From Candidatus Helarchaeota archaeon (GTDB lineage: Archaea; Asgardarchaeota; Lokiarchaeia; Helarchaeales; RDOG01), in contig JAHPZH010000001.1 of assembly GCA_019058315.1 (NCBI GenBank), forward strand, positions 64,001 through 128,000: 64,000 nt of DNA, given 5' to 3'. The translations under genes were made by a program, and so were the position numbers. Shown in pieces: positions 30,053-39,256 of the stretch; position 1 is the stretch's first letter, and each line of letters begins with the position of its first letter. The notes beneath the pieces are model-generated. The model did no database searches. It was given only the letters and a program-made list of their open reading frames with translations, and was not told the DNA's origin.

Positions 30053-32452
30053 ATGAGAAGAAAAAAAACCGTTTTTTGCTTTATATTATCAATATTTTTT
30101 GTTATTTGTTTCAATTCATTATTGATTTCACAAACTATTGACTTATCTAAATTTGTTCGAATATCTGATAACCCTAATCAATTTTTAAAAATTAGCGCAA
30201 TTCTCAATAACATTACAGGCAATTGCACTTCAGAAATCTATAATTTACATGGTTTTGAAAATAATTCAATAGAAGGGTTCAACAATCCTATGAATTATAC
30301 AAAAATGGTACCAGCTAATATAACGTTACCTAATTTTAACCATAGTTTAACTACTTCAAAATTTGAGTTTACTATAACCGCTATGACAGATCCTTTTACA
30401 ACTTATAGCATAGCAAACGATACCTCAAATGCCATGAATGCAACTGATGAAAATAATGCATACATGCTTGCTCAAAACTTTTCTATAGTTGAGCCTTCTC
30501 ATATTGATTATATCTATCTATATCTAAATTATACAAGTTGGCTCCCTATAATTTGGGCTGGAATTGTAACTGTGTATATTTATAAAAGTGATCTGATTAC
30601 CCCTGTTAATGAATATGGTATGTCAATTTTCTTACCAAATAGTGGAGGTTTTGGAAATTGGACCGCAGAATGGTTCAATGTTAGATTTAACAATATCTTA
30701 CCAATAGGAAACTATTATTTAGTAATGTATACATCAAGTACAAGTATTAGGGCACCAAATAATAATAGCTGGCAAATTCAAAATTATACAAACCCAGATG
30801 ATGATAAAGGGGCAACCTTAACAAAATATGGCAATGGTTCATGGATCCCAATTGAAAATGATGGTCATGCGGATTTCTTATTAATGATGAATAAATCTAC
30901 ATATGTTAGTCCTTATGATGTTAATCTATCTATTTATGTTAATAATGATAAATTAAATTTAAATCATTATTATGAAGAAAATCCAACCTTTCTCAGATTT
31001 CCTTGGATAAGTAATGGGATATACTACATCCCTGCTGTTCCTACTAGTGATATCAACATAACAATTACGGTTGATCAAATTTTAGGATGGGGAGCAGTTA
31101 TTACTACTACTAGATATGTCAAATTCTTACCAGCAGCCGGGAATTTTACAGCTTCGTTGGATAGTAGAAAGTGGTCTGTAAATTACACATCAATAAATTC
31201 TACTACTGCATTCCTTCCAGTATTTATCTTTCCTATAGACTGGTCTATTGATAAATTTTATAATAGATTTGGTCAGGAAGTAATAGAATATGGGATAATG
31301 TACTCGAAAGTTTATAATAAAACTTATAACGGTATTTATTATCCAGAAACTGGAGATGGCGAAACTACATATAATTTTAGTGCCGAATTCACTTCTCTCA
31401 ATTATGTAAGTAATATATTTCCTCAAATTTATAATGGAACTGGTTTCCAGACTCAATTCAGTTTTTATAAAGGAGATACAATAAGATTCCAAGCAAATAT
31501 TCAAGATTCAGAAGGTAATTCGGCTATAAATGGAAATTGTACATTTTATCTTTATAATCCCTCAAATAATCTAGAATATTCAGAAAATATTACGGTCGTG
31601 AATGGTATTGCTAATTCAGATAATCTAACTAATTTACCTAGAGGCGAATATTTAATAATTGTAACTTGGACAAATGGCTCTCAAGTTGGTTTTAATTCAT
31701 TCACATTTACAATTTCAACAGAAAAAGAATTTTATCCCTTTATCCCCCCTGCTCAACCAGAACCGATATGGTTATATATTATAACTACAGCTTTAATAGT
31801 TCTAACCGTCATGATTGGAGGTCTGATAGCTAGACGTAAATTACAAGAAAGGAACTGGGAAAAATCCTTACTGCATTTATTTATAATGAATAAAGATGGT
31901 CGAGCAATGTATGATTATCCTTTTGGGATAGAGCAAAAAGATCCAACTCTAATATCTGGTATGCTTACAGCTTTAACAAGTTTTATAAAAGAAACTGTTG
32001 GGAGTAAAAAGCAATTGAAAACGATTGATCAAGAAGATAAAAAAGTTATACTTGGACATGGAACTTATAGCACTGTTGCAGTTTTTGCAGAAAAAGATCT
32101 ACCTGTTATACATGAAAAGGCTGCTGAATTCTTAAAAATATTTGAAGATTCTTTTTCATCGAAAATAAAACAATGGGATGGTTCAACCTCAATTTTTAAA
32201 GGAGTCAGTAGTATAGTTGAGAAATATTTTCCGATTTCGGCAGAAGCTAAAATTATTCAAGGCGTTGGGAAAGAACTATTATTATTAAAAGAAAGTATTA
32301 ATTCGACTTCTGATCCACAAGAAGTAATTTCGTTATTACAAAAAGTTACTGGATTAGCCGAAAGATATCAAGAAATTATAAGAGAACATTTTAATAAAGA
32401 ATACGGCGAAATTTTAAAGATAGCAAATCAAAAAGTAATCAAATTAGTCTAA
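30053..32452 (+). CDS. Tandem paralog of 27593-30022 (ectodomain, TM, longin-like domain)
   Basis: Collinear motifs NNNSWQIQNY, YYPETGDGETT, NWEKSLLHLFIM, DPTLISGMLTA, REHFNKEYGEILKIAN. Confidence 0.8.
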   Translation: MRRKKTVFCFILSIFFVICFNSLLISQTIDLSKFVRISDNPNQFLKISAILNNITGNCTSEIYNLHGFENNSIEGFNNPMNYTKMVPANITLPNFNHSLTTSKFEFTITAMTDPFTTYSIANDTSNAMNATDENNAYMLAQNFSIVEPSHIDYIYLYLNYTSWLPIIWAGIVTVYIYKSDLITPVNEYGMSIFLPNSGGFGNWTAEWFNVRFNNILPIGNYYLVMYTSSTSIRAPNNNSWQIQNYTNPDDDKGATLTKYGNGSWIPIENDGHADFLLMMNKSTYVSPYDVNLSIYVNNDKLNLNHYYEENPTFLRFPWISNGIYYIPAVPTSDINITITVDQILGWGAVITTTRYVKFLPAAGNFTASLDSRKWSVNYTSINSTTAFLPVFIFPIDWSIDKFYNRFGQEVIEYGIMYSKVYNKTYNGIYYPETGDGETTYNFSAEFTSLNYVSNIFPQIYNGTGFQTQFSFYKGDTIRFQANIQDSEGNSAINGNCTFYLYNPSNNLEYSENITVVNGIANSDNLTNLPRGEYLIIVTWTNGSQVGFNSFTFTISTEKEFYPFIPPAQPEPIWLYIITTALIVLTVMIGGLIARRKLQERNWEKSLLHLFIMNKDGRAMYDYPFGIEQKDPTLISGMLTALTSFIKETVGSKKQLKTIDQEDKKVILGHGTYSTVAVFAEKDLPVIHEKAAEFLKIFEDSFSSKIKQWDGSTSIFKGVSSIVEKYFPISAEAKIIQGVGKELLLLKESINSTSDPQEVISLLQKVTGLAERYQEIIREHFNKEYGEILKIANQKVIKLV

Positions 32453-32586
32453 ATTCATTCTGTATGAATCTCAAAGTAATAGATTTAAGAATACATTTTT
32501 TTAGCAAAAATATATCAAGATTAATTTATATTTTTTAAATGAAGAACTGGAATAAATTATTAATCATTAAGTGGAGTAGAAATAAG

Positions 32587-33036
32587 ATGGAAGAACTTTT
32601 TAAATCTATGGAAAAAAGGATATCTAACTTAAAGAAGTTAAGTGAATTAATGGTACAAATGAAGGATATTTCTCAATTAATTAAAGGCGACATTCAAAAA
32701 CTTGATGATTTCAAGGATATGATAAAAGTTAACGAGTTAGACGAATGGTCTTTTAGTTTAATAAAGAATTTGCAGGAAATTGAAAAAACACAAGCTATTG
32801 AAATAGGAAAAGCCGACTTAAAACTAAGTGATTATAATTTTCTTAATTGGGAAAATGTGCGTAAAGGACTTTCCGAAAGGGGTGTAAAAGTGATTAAGGA
32901 TGAACAAGTAAAGCACTTTTTTAATAATGCAATGGTCATTGCAATGCAATATTTCACATCCAAGGAAAAAGCAAGAGATAAAGCCAAAAAATTAGTTAAA
33001 GAAAGCCGAAAACAAATTAAAAAAAGAAAAAAATAA
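32587..33036 (+). CDS. Hypothetical helical protein
   Basis: ORF with GGAG upstream of MEELFK; no recognisable motif. Confidence 0.6.
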   Translation: MEELFKSMEKRISNLKKLSELMVQMKDISQLIKGDIQKLDDFKDMIKVNELDEWSFSLIKNLQEIEKTQAIEIGKADLKLSDYNFLNWENVRKGLSERGVKVIKDEQVKHFFNNAMVIAMQYFTSKEKARDKAKKLVKESRKQIKKRKK

Positions 33037-33208
33037 TCCAGAAGATTTTTTAGCCAAAAAATTAATTGCAAATAAAAAAATCTAAATTTTTTTATTTTTT
33101 CTGAAGTATTTTTTCATTTCATCAATTTTTCTCAATTTTGCAAAAATCTAAAAAATAATTTTAGAAATTATTAAATGAAATTCAAATTTATTTACATGGA
33201 AGCTTAAA

Positions 33209-34963
33209 ATGTCGACTAATCAAGAGAATGCAGTTGAAGTAACGGATTTATTGAAATATTATAATCTTTCGTCTGGTGAAAGATTAACAGCATTAGATTC
33301 TATATCTTTTAATTTAAAAACTTCCGAAATCGTAGGTATAATAGGTAAATCTGGCGGAGGTAAAACTACCTTACTTAGAATATTAAGAGGGGTTGAACCT
33401 TTTAATGGAGGAAAATTCATTCTTCGTGATAAAAATGGTGAAATTATTTTAACTCCTGATTCACCTGAAAGTCTCTTCCGTGAAGCAAAAAAGAAGACAG
33501 TTATACATTTACAACGTTCCTTTGGTCTATGGGCCACAACTGCTTTAGATAATGTAATGAGAAGATTAAATGCTCTAAAGACTGACGATGAAACTGCTCC
33601 ATTACCAGAAGATTATACAAGTGAATATCAAGAGCTGAAGGAGAAAGCCCTTGAAATTTTAGATGCAGTAAAATTAAAACATAAAGCGGATCAAGTTGCT
33701 CCTGTTATGAGTGGTGGGGAAAAACAACGTCTAGTGTTAGCTCGACAATTAGCAATTGCAGGTTCCGAAAGAAATATGGGGAAAATATTGCTTCTGGATG
33801 AACCTGTTACTATGTCTGACCCATTAACTAAACAAATTTCATTAGATTATATAAAGGAATTAAGAAACAAGTATAATCTTTCTATTCTTGTAGCCAGTCA
33901 CCACCCCCAGTTATTGGAGTACTTAAGTGATAGAATAATATGGTTAGAAAAGGGTAAAATTATCAAGATAGGAGATCCAAAGGAAATTGTCAAAGGATTT
34001 TTAGATAAAATGCCTGATCCAATTCCTTTAGAACCTCTTAAATCAAAAAAACCGATAATATCAGTTAAAAATGTTTCTAGGAAATTTTATACGCCTGAAG
34101 TGTTAAAGTTAGAGTTCGATATGTCAAACATAAATTTTGAAGTTTTTGACAGTGAAATTCTGGGTATAATAGGTCCTTCTGGAATTGGAAAAACAGTATT
34201 ATTAGAATTACTTTCTGGAGTAACTTTACCAAAAGATGGCGAAGTACTTTACAATATTATTGGTAAAAACGTCAATATCGGTGTGTTAGGAGAAGAAGCA
34301 ATGATGTCAAGACGTAATATAAGTTATGTTAGACAAGAACTTTCGCTTACTCATAATGCAATAGTTAAAGATTTAGCTGCTGCTACATTAGGTCTTAAGG
34401 GAGAAAGAGCACTCTATAATGCCAGAAAAAAAGCGAAAGAACTTAATATTCGTGAAGAGATAATTGATGTTCTTCACCGGTTAAGTGATCTTCCCGATTC
34501 TGAGGTGAATATAAGATTGGAAAAACTTGGTTTAGATAAAAGTATAATTCATGATTTGTTTCCAATACCTCCATGGTCAGCTATTTCAGACATAGTAATA
34601 CCTATTTTTAACGAATTTGATCTCCCTTCAAAAATATTAGAACGTAAAACGCAAGAACTTTCTGGCGGTGAAAGTATAAGAGTTGCAATTGCATTAGCTC
34701 TGCTCTCCAGCCCAAAGGTAATTATTTTAGATGAACCATTTGGTGATTTAGATCCTAATACATTACGAAATTTAGCAAATATGATAAAAAGAGTAAATAA
34801 AATGGATGTAACCATAATAATTGTTTCTCATCATACAGAATTTCTTAAAGAAGTCACACATCGTGTTATTTATATGAAGGAAGGAAAGCTTCTTAAAATT
34901 GGAGACCCTGATGAAATTACTAAGGAATTTTTAAAGGATAGTAGTGCAGAATTCATGTATTAA
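33209..34963 (+). CDS. Dual-ATPase ABC protein, AtwA (methyl-coenzyme M reductase component A2)-like, lacking the Zn-binding insert
   Basis: Walker A GKSGGGKT and GPSGIGKT; HLQRSFGLW and MSGGEKQRLVLARQLA resemble AtwA (MLQRTFALY, LSGGEKQRVVLARQLA); no TM segments and no adjacent permease. Confidence 0.75.
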   Translation: MSTNQENAVEVTDLLKYYNLSSGERLTALDSISFNLKTSEIVGIIGKSGGGKTTLLRILRGVEPFNGGKFILRDKNGEIILTPDSPESLFREAKKKTVIHLQRSFGLWATTALDNVMRRLNALKTDDETAPLPEDYTSEYQELKEKALEILDAVKLKHKADQVAPVMSGGEKQRLVLARQLAIAGSERNMGKILLLDEPVTMSDPLTKQISLDYIKELRNKYNLSILVASHHPQLLEYLSDRIIWLEKGKIIKIGDPKEIVKGFLDKMPDPIPLEPLKSKKPIISVKNVSRKFYTPEVLKLEFDMSNINFEVFDSEILGIIGPSGIGKTVLLELLSGVTLPKDGEVLYNIIGKNVNIGVLGEEAMMSRRNISYVRQELSLTHNAIVKDLAAATLGLKGERALYNARKKAKELNIREEIIDVLHRLSDLPDSEVNIRLEKLGLDKSIIHDLFPIPPWSAISDIVIPIFNEFDLPSKILERKTQELSGGESIRVAIALALLSSPKVIILDEPFGDLDPNTLRNLANMIKRVNKMDVTIIIVSHHTEFLKEVTHRVIYMKEGKLLKIGDPDEITKEFLKDSSAEFMY

Positions 34964-34974
34964 GAGGGAAAATA

Positions 34975-36246
34975 ATGTCGAAGCTTACTCCAGAACAACA
35001 AAAAAAATATGATAAAGCTCTAAAATTATATGCCAAAGCAGAGAAAATGATTGCAAAACAGAAATTTGATAAAGCAAAAGATAACTTCAAAAAAGCGATT
35101 AATGAATTCTATTCAATGCAGGCATATGCACAAGCCCAGAAAATTATTAATAAATTTGTAGAATCCGCTTTAATAGAAAAAGAATATCAAGAAGCCGCTG
35201 TTGCCTTGTATCAAGCTGCAAATATCGCCTTAATTGAAAATAAGGTCAAAAAAGCACTAGAAAATTATAAATCATCAATTAATTTTTTTATAGAACAATC
35301 AGGATTTAGCAAGAAAAATGAAGATATAAAATATAACGCTTTATGCCTTTCTCCTCTTTGTGAAGCCGCATTAGGTAAATTTGAGTATGCAATTGATTAT
35401 TTTAAAACAAACCTTAATCAAATTCCTCGCCGATTTAGAATCAAACTCCCAATTGTTGATTTTTGCACTTCAATTTTTAATACGCTTATTACTAAAAAGA
35501 TTGAAAATCTAAATAATTCTAAAACAATTTTAAAAGATTTAAAGTTACTAGAAGGCGAAACAATATTACTCGAAAATCTCATAAGTATTGCTGAACTTTA
35601 TGTAAAAACTAAAATCGAATCTCGTCTAAATAAAGAAAAAATAGAAGCAGGGGATAGTTTTTCTTTAAATATTTCATTAAACTCGCCTGAAAATATAGAA
35701 ATTCTTAAATATTATTTGGATTATGACACACAACGATTAGAATTAACTAATGTACCAAAAATTTCTGAGAATAAACCTATTGAATTTATATTCGATGCTA
35801 AAGTTCAAGGGAAGGCAAAATTTGGACCTCTTTTATTAACATGTAAGGCAAAAGAAATAGAGTTTCCTTTTAAATATCAAAGCATTTTAAACATATTACC
35901 AGGGAGACCAAGACTTCAAATAGATGCTCAAAGTGAGATAAATATATTCGAGGGTGATGCCTTTGATTTTGATTTCGAAATAACAAATAGAGGTAAAGGA
36001 GAGGCTATTAATTTAGCTGTAACACTTGAGGTTCCCGAAGAAATTATGATCATAGCAGGCACTAAAGAAAAAAAACTTTATTCCCTAAATTCTCAAGAAA
36101 ATTATATTTTCACATTTCCTCTACAAGCCATAAAGAGCGGAGCTTATGAAGGAAAAATCCTTATTAGTTTTGAAATTCCTCGAGGTATTTCTAGTAAGCC
36201 GGAAGAGATAGAGGAAGTAAAAACAATTAATTTTAAAGTTACTTAA
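34975..36246 (+). CDS. TPR/SNAP-like alpha-solenoid followed by two Ig-like beta-sandwich domains
   Basis: Ala-rich helical repeats (AAVALYQAANIA, ALENYKSSINF); C-terminal FEITNRGKGEAINLAVTLEVP CARDB/BatD-like pattern; no signal peptide. Confidence 0.6.
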   Translation: MSKLTPEQQKKYDKALKLYAKAEKMIAKQKFDKAKDNFKKAINEFYSMQAYAQAQKIINKFVESALIEKEYQEAAVALYQAANIALIENKVKKALENYKSSINFFIEQSGFSKKNEDIKYNALCLSPLCEAALGKFEYAIDYFKTNLNQIPRRFRIKLPIVDFCTSIFNTLITKKIENLNNSKTILKDLKLLEGETILLENLISIAELYVKTKIESRLNKEKIEAGDSFSLNISLNSPENIEILKYYLDYDTQRLELTNVPKISENKPIEFIFDAKVQGKAKFGPLLLTCKAKEIEFPFKYQSILNILPGRPRLQIDAQSEINIFEGDAFDFDFEITNRGKGEAINLAVTLEVPEEIMIIAGTKEKKLYSLNSQENYIFTFPLQAIKSGAYEGKILISFEIPRGISSKPEEIEEVKTINFKVT

Positions 36247-36307
36247 TAAAAAATAATATTATTATCATAATTTATTTTTAAAAATAACTCAATAATTTGT
36301 TTATAAG

Positions 36308-36841
36308 TTATAAAGCGAGCCCGAATTCATAAGCGTTTTTTAATTCTTTTTGATTATTTTTAATCTCTCCCCTCTCATAAGCAGATGCTAGTATCTTACC
36401 TGCAAATTCCATCCCCAAATAATCAAAAGACATTTTAAACATCTCAATTAATGGTCCACAAGCTTTTGGTCCTTCTTCTGATGGGGAAACAATAACTCCT
36501 TTTTTATTCTTTAATTTCTTAGTTTCAATAAACGGTCGCATTCTATCAATTAAAAGCTTCATCTGTCCAGTTGGGCCGTACCAATATATTGGAGTCCCAA
36601 AGATTATTAGATCGGCATTTTCCATCTTCGAATAAATTTCATGCATCATATCTTCTATAGTACAAATGAATAATCCTCTTTTACAATTACGACAATCGAT
36701 ACATGGAAGAATTTCATAATCATATAAGTAAATTTTTTCACTTATATGTCCATTCTCTTTAGCCCCCTCTAATATTTTTTCAACTAATATATCCGTATTG
36801 CTCCCTTTCCTAGGGCTTCCAATTAAAGCTAAAATCTTCAT
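36308..36841 (-). CDS. Iron-sulfur flavoprotein / NADPH-dependent FMN reductase (flavodoxin fold)
   Basis: GSPRKGSNT, PCIDCRNC...C, GTPIYWYG, MKLLIDR. Confidence 0.9.
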   Translation of the reverse strand: MKILALIGSPRKGSNTDILVEKILEGAKENGHISEKIYLYDYEILPCIDCRNCKRGLFICTIEDMMHEIYSKMENADLIIFGTPIYWYGPTGQMKLLIDRMRPFIETKKLKNKKGVIVSPSEEGPKACGPLIEMFKMSFDYLGMEFAGKILASAYERGEIKNNQKELKNAYEFGLAL

Positions 36842-36872
36842 AGTCAATCATTAAAATAGAGGGAAAATTTAA

Positions 36873-37565
36873 TCATACCTTTAAATCAAAAAACAAGTCA
36901 ATTCCATATTTATCATAAAGCTCATCAATCAGGTAAATCAATGGGTTTAAATGACTTTTATAACGATCCCAAACAAGATGAGTTGTTTTTTCTCTTCTTT
37001 GTGCAAAATGTAAGAATCCCTCGCTATCAAAACATGGATCTTTTGGTCGGGGCGTTACTTGAATCGTAGGAGGAACATCTGGATATTCTGCATTGAATAA
37101 AATTTTCGAAACTCTTACCACACCATCTCTCCATTTAGATGATACATAAATACCCTTTTCCGGGCGTTTTTTATCTATGTATTTCCATTCACTACCGTTT
37201 ATTTCCACTATGTATTTTAGATGGGTTTTAAACAACTCAGTTCCACTTTTAATTTTACTAGAAATACTCCCACCTATGGGTTCCGGAATCCAGTATATCT
37301 TATCTGTGTCTTGTGCTATTTCCCCTATCGTGTTGCGAAGAGATATTGGTACTTTTCGACCTTGTGTAATATAGTAAAGTTTTATTGTTAGCATGTTAAT
37401 TCCGACGTTTCTAACATTGCCATATCCTAAATTTAAAACGTCTAAGATTCGATCATTATATTTCCATAATAATCTACTGGCAACATCCCTGATAATCTCA
37501 TCTTCTTGAGATTCAACATAATCTGTGGTCCCAATAAGTGGATTAACCCAAGTTATTTCTTTCAA
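36873..37565 (-). CDS. Ubiquitin-like domain (internal PIGG) fused to an atypical E2/UBC-fold domain
   Basis: N-half is homologous to 38522-38830 (DKIYWIPEPIGG vs DKIYWEPEPIGGH); C-half is homologous to 38870-39232 with ILFNAEYPDVPP and HLNPLIYLIDE. Confidence 0.75.
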   Translation of the reverse strand: MKEITWVNPLIGTTDYVESQEDEIIRDVASRLLWKYNDRILDVLNLGYGNVRNVGINMLTIKLYYITQGRKVPISLRNTIGEIAQDTDKIYWIPEPIGGSISSKIKSGTELFKTHLKYIVEINGSEWKYIDKKRPEKGIYVSSKWRDGVVRVSKILFNAEYPDVPPTIQVTPRPKDPCFDSEGFLHFAQRREKTTHLVWDRYKSHLNPLIYLIDELYDKYGIDLFFDLKV

Positions 37566-37637
37566 TGTGTTTCCGTCTTTAATTTATTATCAATTATTTA
37601 GAAATTAAAATTAATATTTATAAATTAGGTTTTTAAT

Positions 37638-38405
37638 TTGATGAAAAGATTTTTCTTTGGTCCTGTTCTTTCTCGTAGATTGGGTTTTTCTTTAGGGATT
37701 GATATATTACCCGATAAAAAGACTTGTACTTTTGACTGTCTTTACTGTGAAATAGGAAAAACTCGACGAGTTACCTCCCCAAAAACCCGTTCTCCTTTCC
37801 TAATAGAAAATAAAAAGAATTTTGAATTACAATTAAGAAATATCTTATCTCAAGATATATTAATCGATACATTAACATTTGCAGGATATTCGGGTGAGGC
37901 AACATTAAATAGTGAATTAAATACATTTTTAAACATTACAAAATCTGTAAGATCTGACCTGCATAAAGAAAATATCCCAATATCCATTTTGACTAATTCC
38001 TCAACAATTAATTTTCCTGAAATTAGAAAAATATTAATGAATTTTGATAATATAGTTGCGAAATTAGATGTTGGAAATCAAGCTTCTTTTATGAAGGTGA
38101 ATCGTCCACATTTTTTAGTTCCACAAATTTCTGATATTATAAATGGTTTAAAGCAATTAAGGGAGGAGCTTGATAAGAATCGACTCGTTATTCAGACTCT
38201 TTTGTTTAGTGAAAATAATGATAGAAAAAACATTGATTCATTAATTGAAGCTTACAATATTATCAATCCAAATAAAATTCAACTTTACTCGATTGCCCGT
38301 CCACCCGCATATGCCGTAAAAAAAATAGATGGGCTTCAATTGGAACAGATAAAAAAGAATATGCAAGATGTATTAAAAACCAATATTAAAATTGAAACTT
38401 ATTAA
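37638..38405 (+). CDS. Radical SAM protein (COG0731-like Fe-S oxidoreductase)
   Basis: FGPVLSRRLGFSLGID, CTFDCLYC, SGEATL, LTNSS, AKLD, VNRP, YSIARPP. Confidence 0.88.
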   Translation: MMKRFFFGPVLSRRLGFSLGIDILPDKKTCTFDCLYCEIGKTRRVTSPKTRSPFLIENKKNFELQLRNILSQDILIDTLTFAGYSGEATLNSELNTFLNITKSVRSDLHKENIPISILTNSSTINFPEIRKILMNFDNIVAKLDVGNQASFMKVNRPHFLVPQISDIINGLKQLREELDKNRLVIQTLLFSENNDRKNIDSLIEAYNIINPNKIQLYSIARPPAYAVKKIDGLQLEQIKKNMQDVLKTNIKIETY

Positions 38406-38521
38406 AAAGATATTTGTAGTATTGATTTTAAAATTTCATTAAACAAGAAAAACCAGAAAAATAAAAAAACATAATTTCTTTTATCCATTAATAAATTAAC
38501 TTATATTATGGTGCAAAATAG

Positions 38522-38830
38522 ATGCCAGAAATGACATATGTCTGCCCGCAAATAGGTAGTACAGATTATTTAGATTATGAAGAAGATACGACCTTCGAAG
38601 ATCAAATAAATGAACTAAAAGAGAAATATTTACGAGATATTCTTGATTACGTTCAGCAATTTCGAAATATACGTCAAAATATAGGATTAGATCAAATTAC
38701 TGTAAAGATACACTATATTGATGCTGAAGGTATCAAACAAACAATTGGACTTAAAACTTACGTTAAGGCAATGGCTGAACGTCATATTGATAAGATATAT
38801 TGGGAACCCGAACCCATTGGAGGGCATTAA
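38522..38830 (+). CDS. Ubiquitin-like (beta-grasp) protein ending PIGG-H
   Basis: Strand/helix pattern beta-beta-alpha(DTTFEDQINELKEKY)-insert-beta-beta-beta; di-Gly masked by one residue; adjacent to an E2-like gene. Confidence 0.72.
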   Translation: MPEMTYVCPQIGSTDYLDYEEDTTFEDQINELKEKYLRDILDYVQQFRNIRQNIGLDQITVKIHYIDAEGIKQTIGLKTYVKAMAERHIDKIYWEPEPIGGH

Positions 38831-38869
38831 ACCAAACTTTTAATATAAGGGTATATCTAGAGGAAAAAA

Positions 38870-39232
38870 ATGCAGCAAACTTCTAAACAAATCTTTGCAA
38901 GTCATATTTACGATTTGACAGTTCGACCCGGTTATTATCGCTCTACATGGAAACTAATTAATAAAAAAATACCCTTAAAAGGAGCTTTCGGTCATTTTAT
39001 GGGCAAGGATTTTCGAGTAATTGTAATAAAAATCTTATTTAATTCAAAATATCCCGAAAATCCTCCAAAAATTATTAGCACTCCTCCTATCCGCGATGTT
39101 TGTTGGGATAATAAGGGTGTGTTACATTGGGCTAGATACGGGGGAGAGTTTGTATGGAGTAAATATAAAGATCACTCCAATCCATTAATTTATGTCGCAG
39201 ATGAAATTACTGAAAAATATAAAACCATGTAA
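38870..39232 (+). CDS. Atypical E2/UBC-fold protein
   Basis: ILFNSKYPENPPKIISTPPIRDVCWDNKGVLHW aligns without gaps to the UBC core [33 protein letters not shown]. Confidence 0.75.
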   Translation: MQQTSKQIFASHIYDLTVRPGYYRSTWKLINKKIPLKGAFGHFMGKDFRVIVIKILFNSKYPENPPKIISTPPIRDVCWDNKGVLHWARYGGEFVWSKYKDHSNPLIYVADEITEKYKTM

Positions 39233-39256
39233 AAAAAAAATTGATTTTTAGATCTA

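Noticed and set aside
38828-38870. Stop-codon readthrough joining the Ubl and E2 genes (same frame) to mimic the fusion paralog
   Set aside because: Three in-frame stops (TAA, TAA, TAG) lie between them, and the E2 has its own GAGG + ATG
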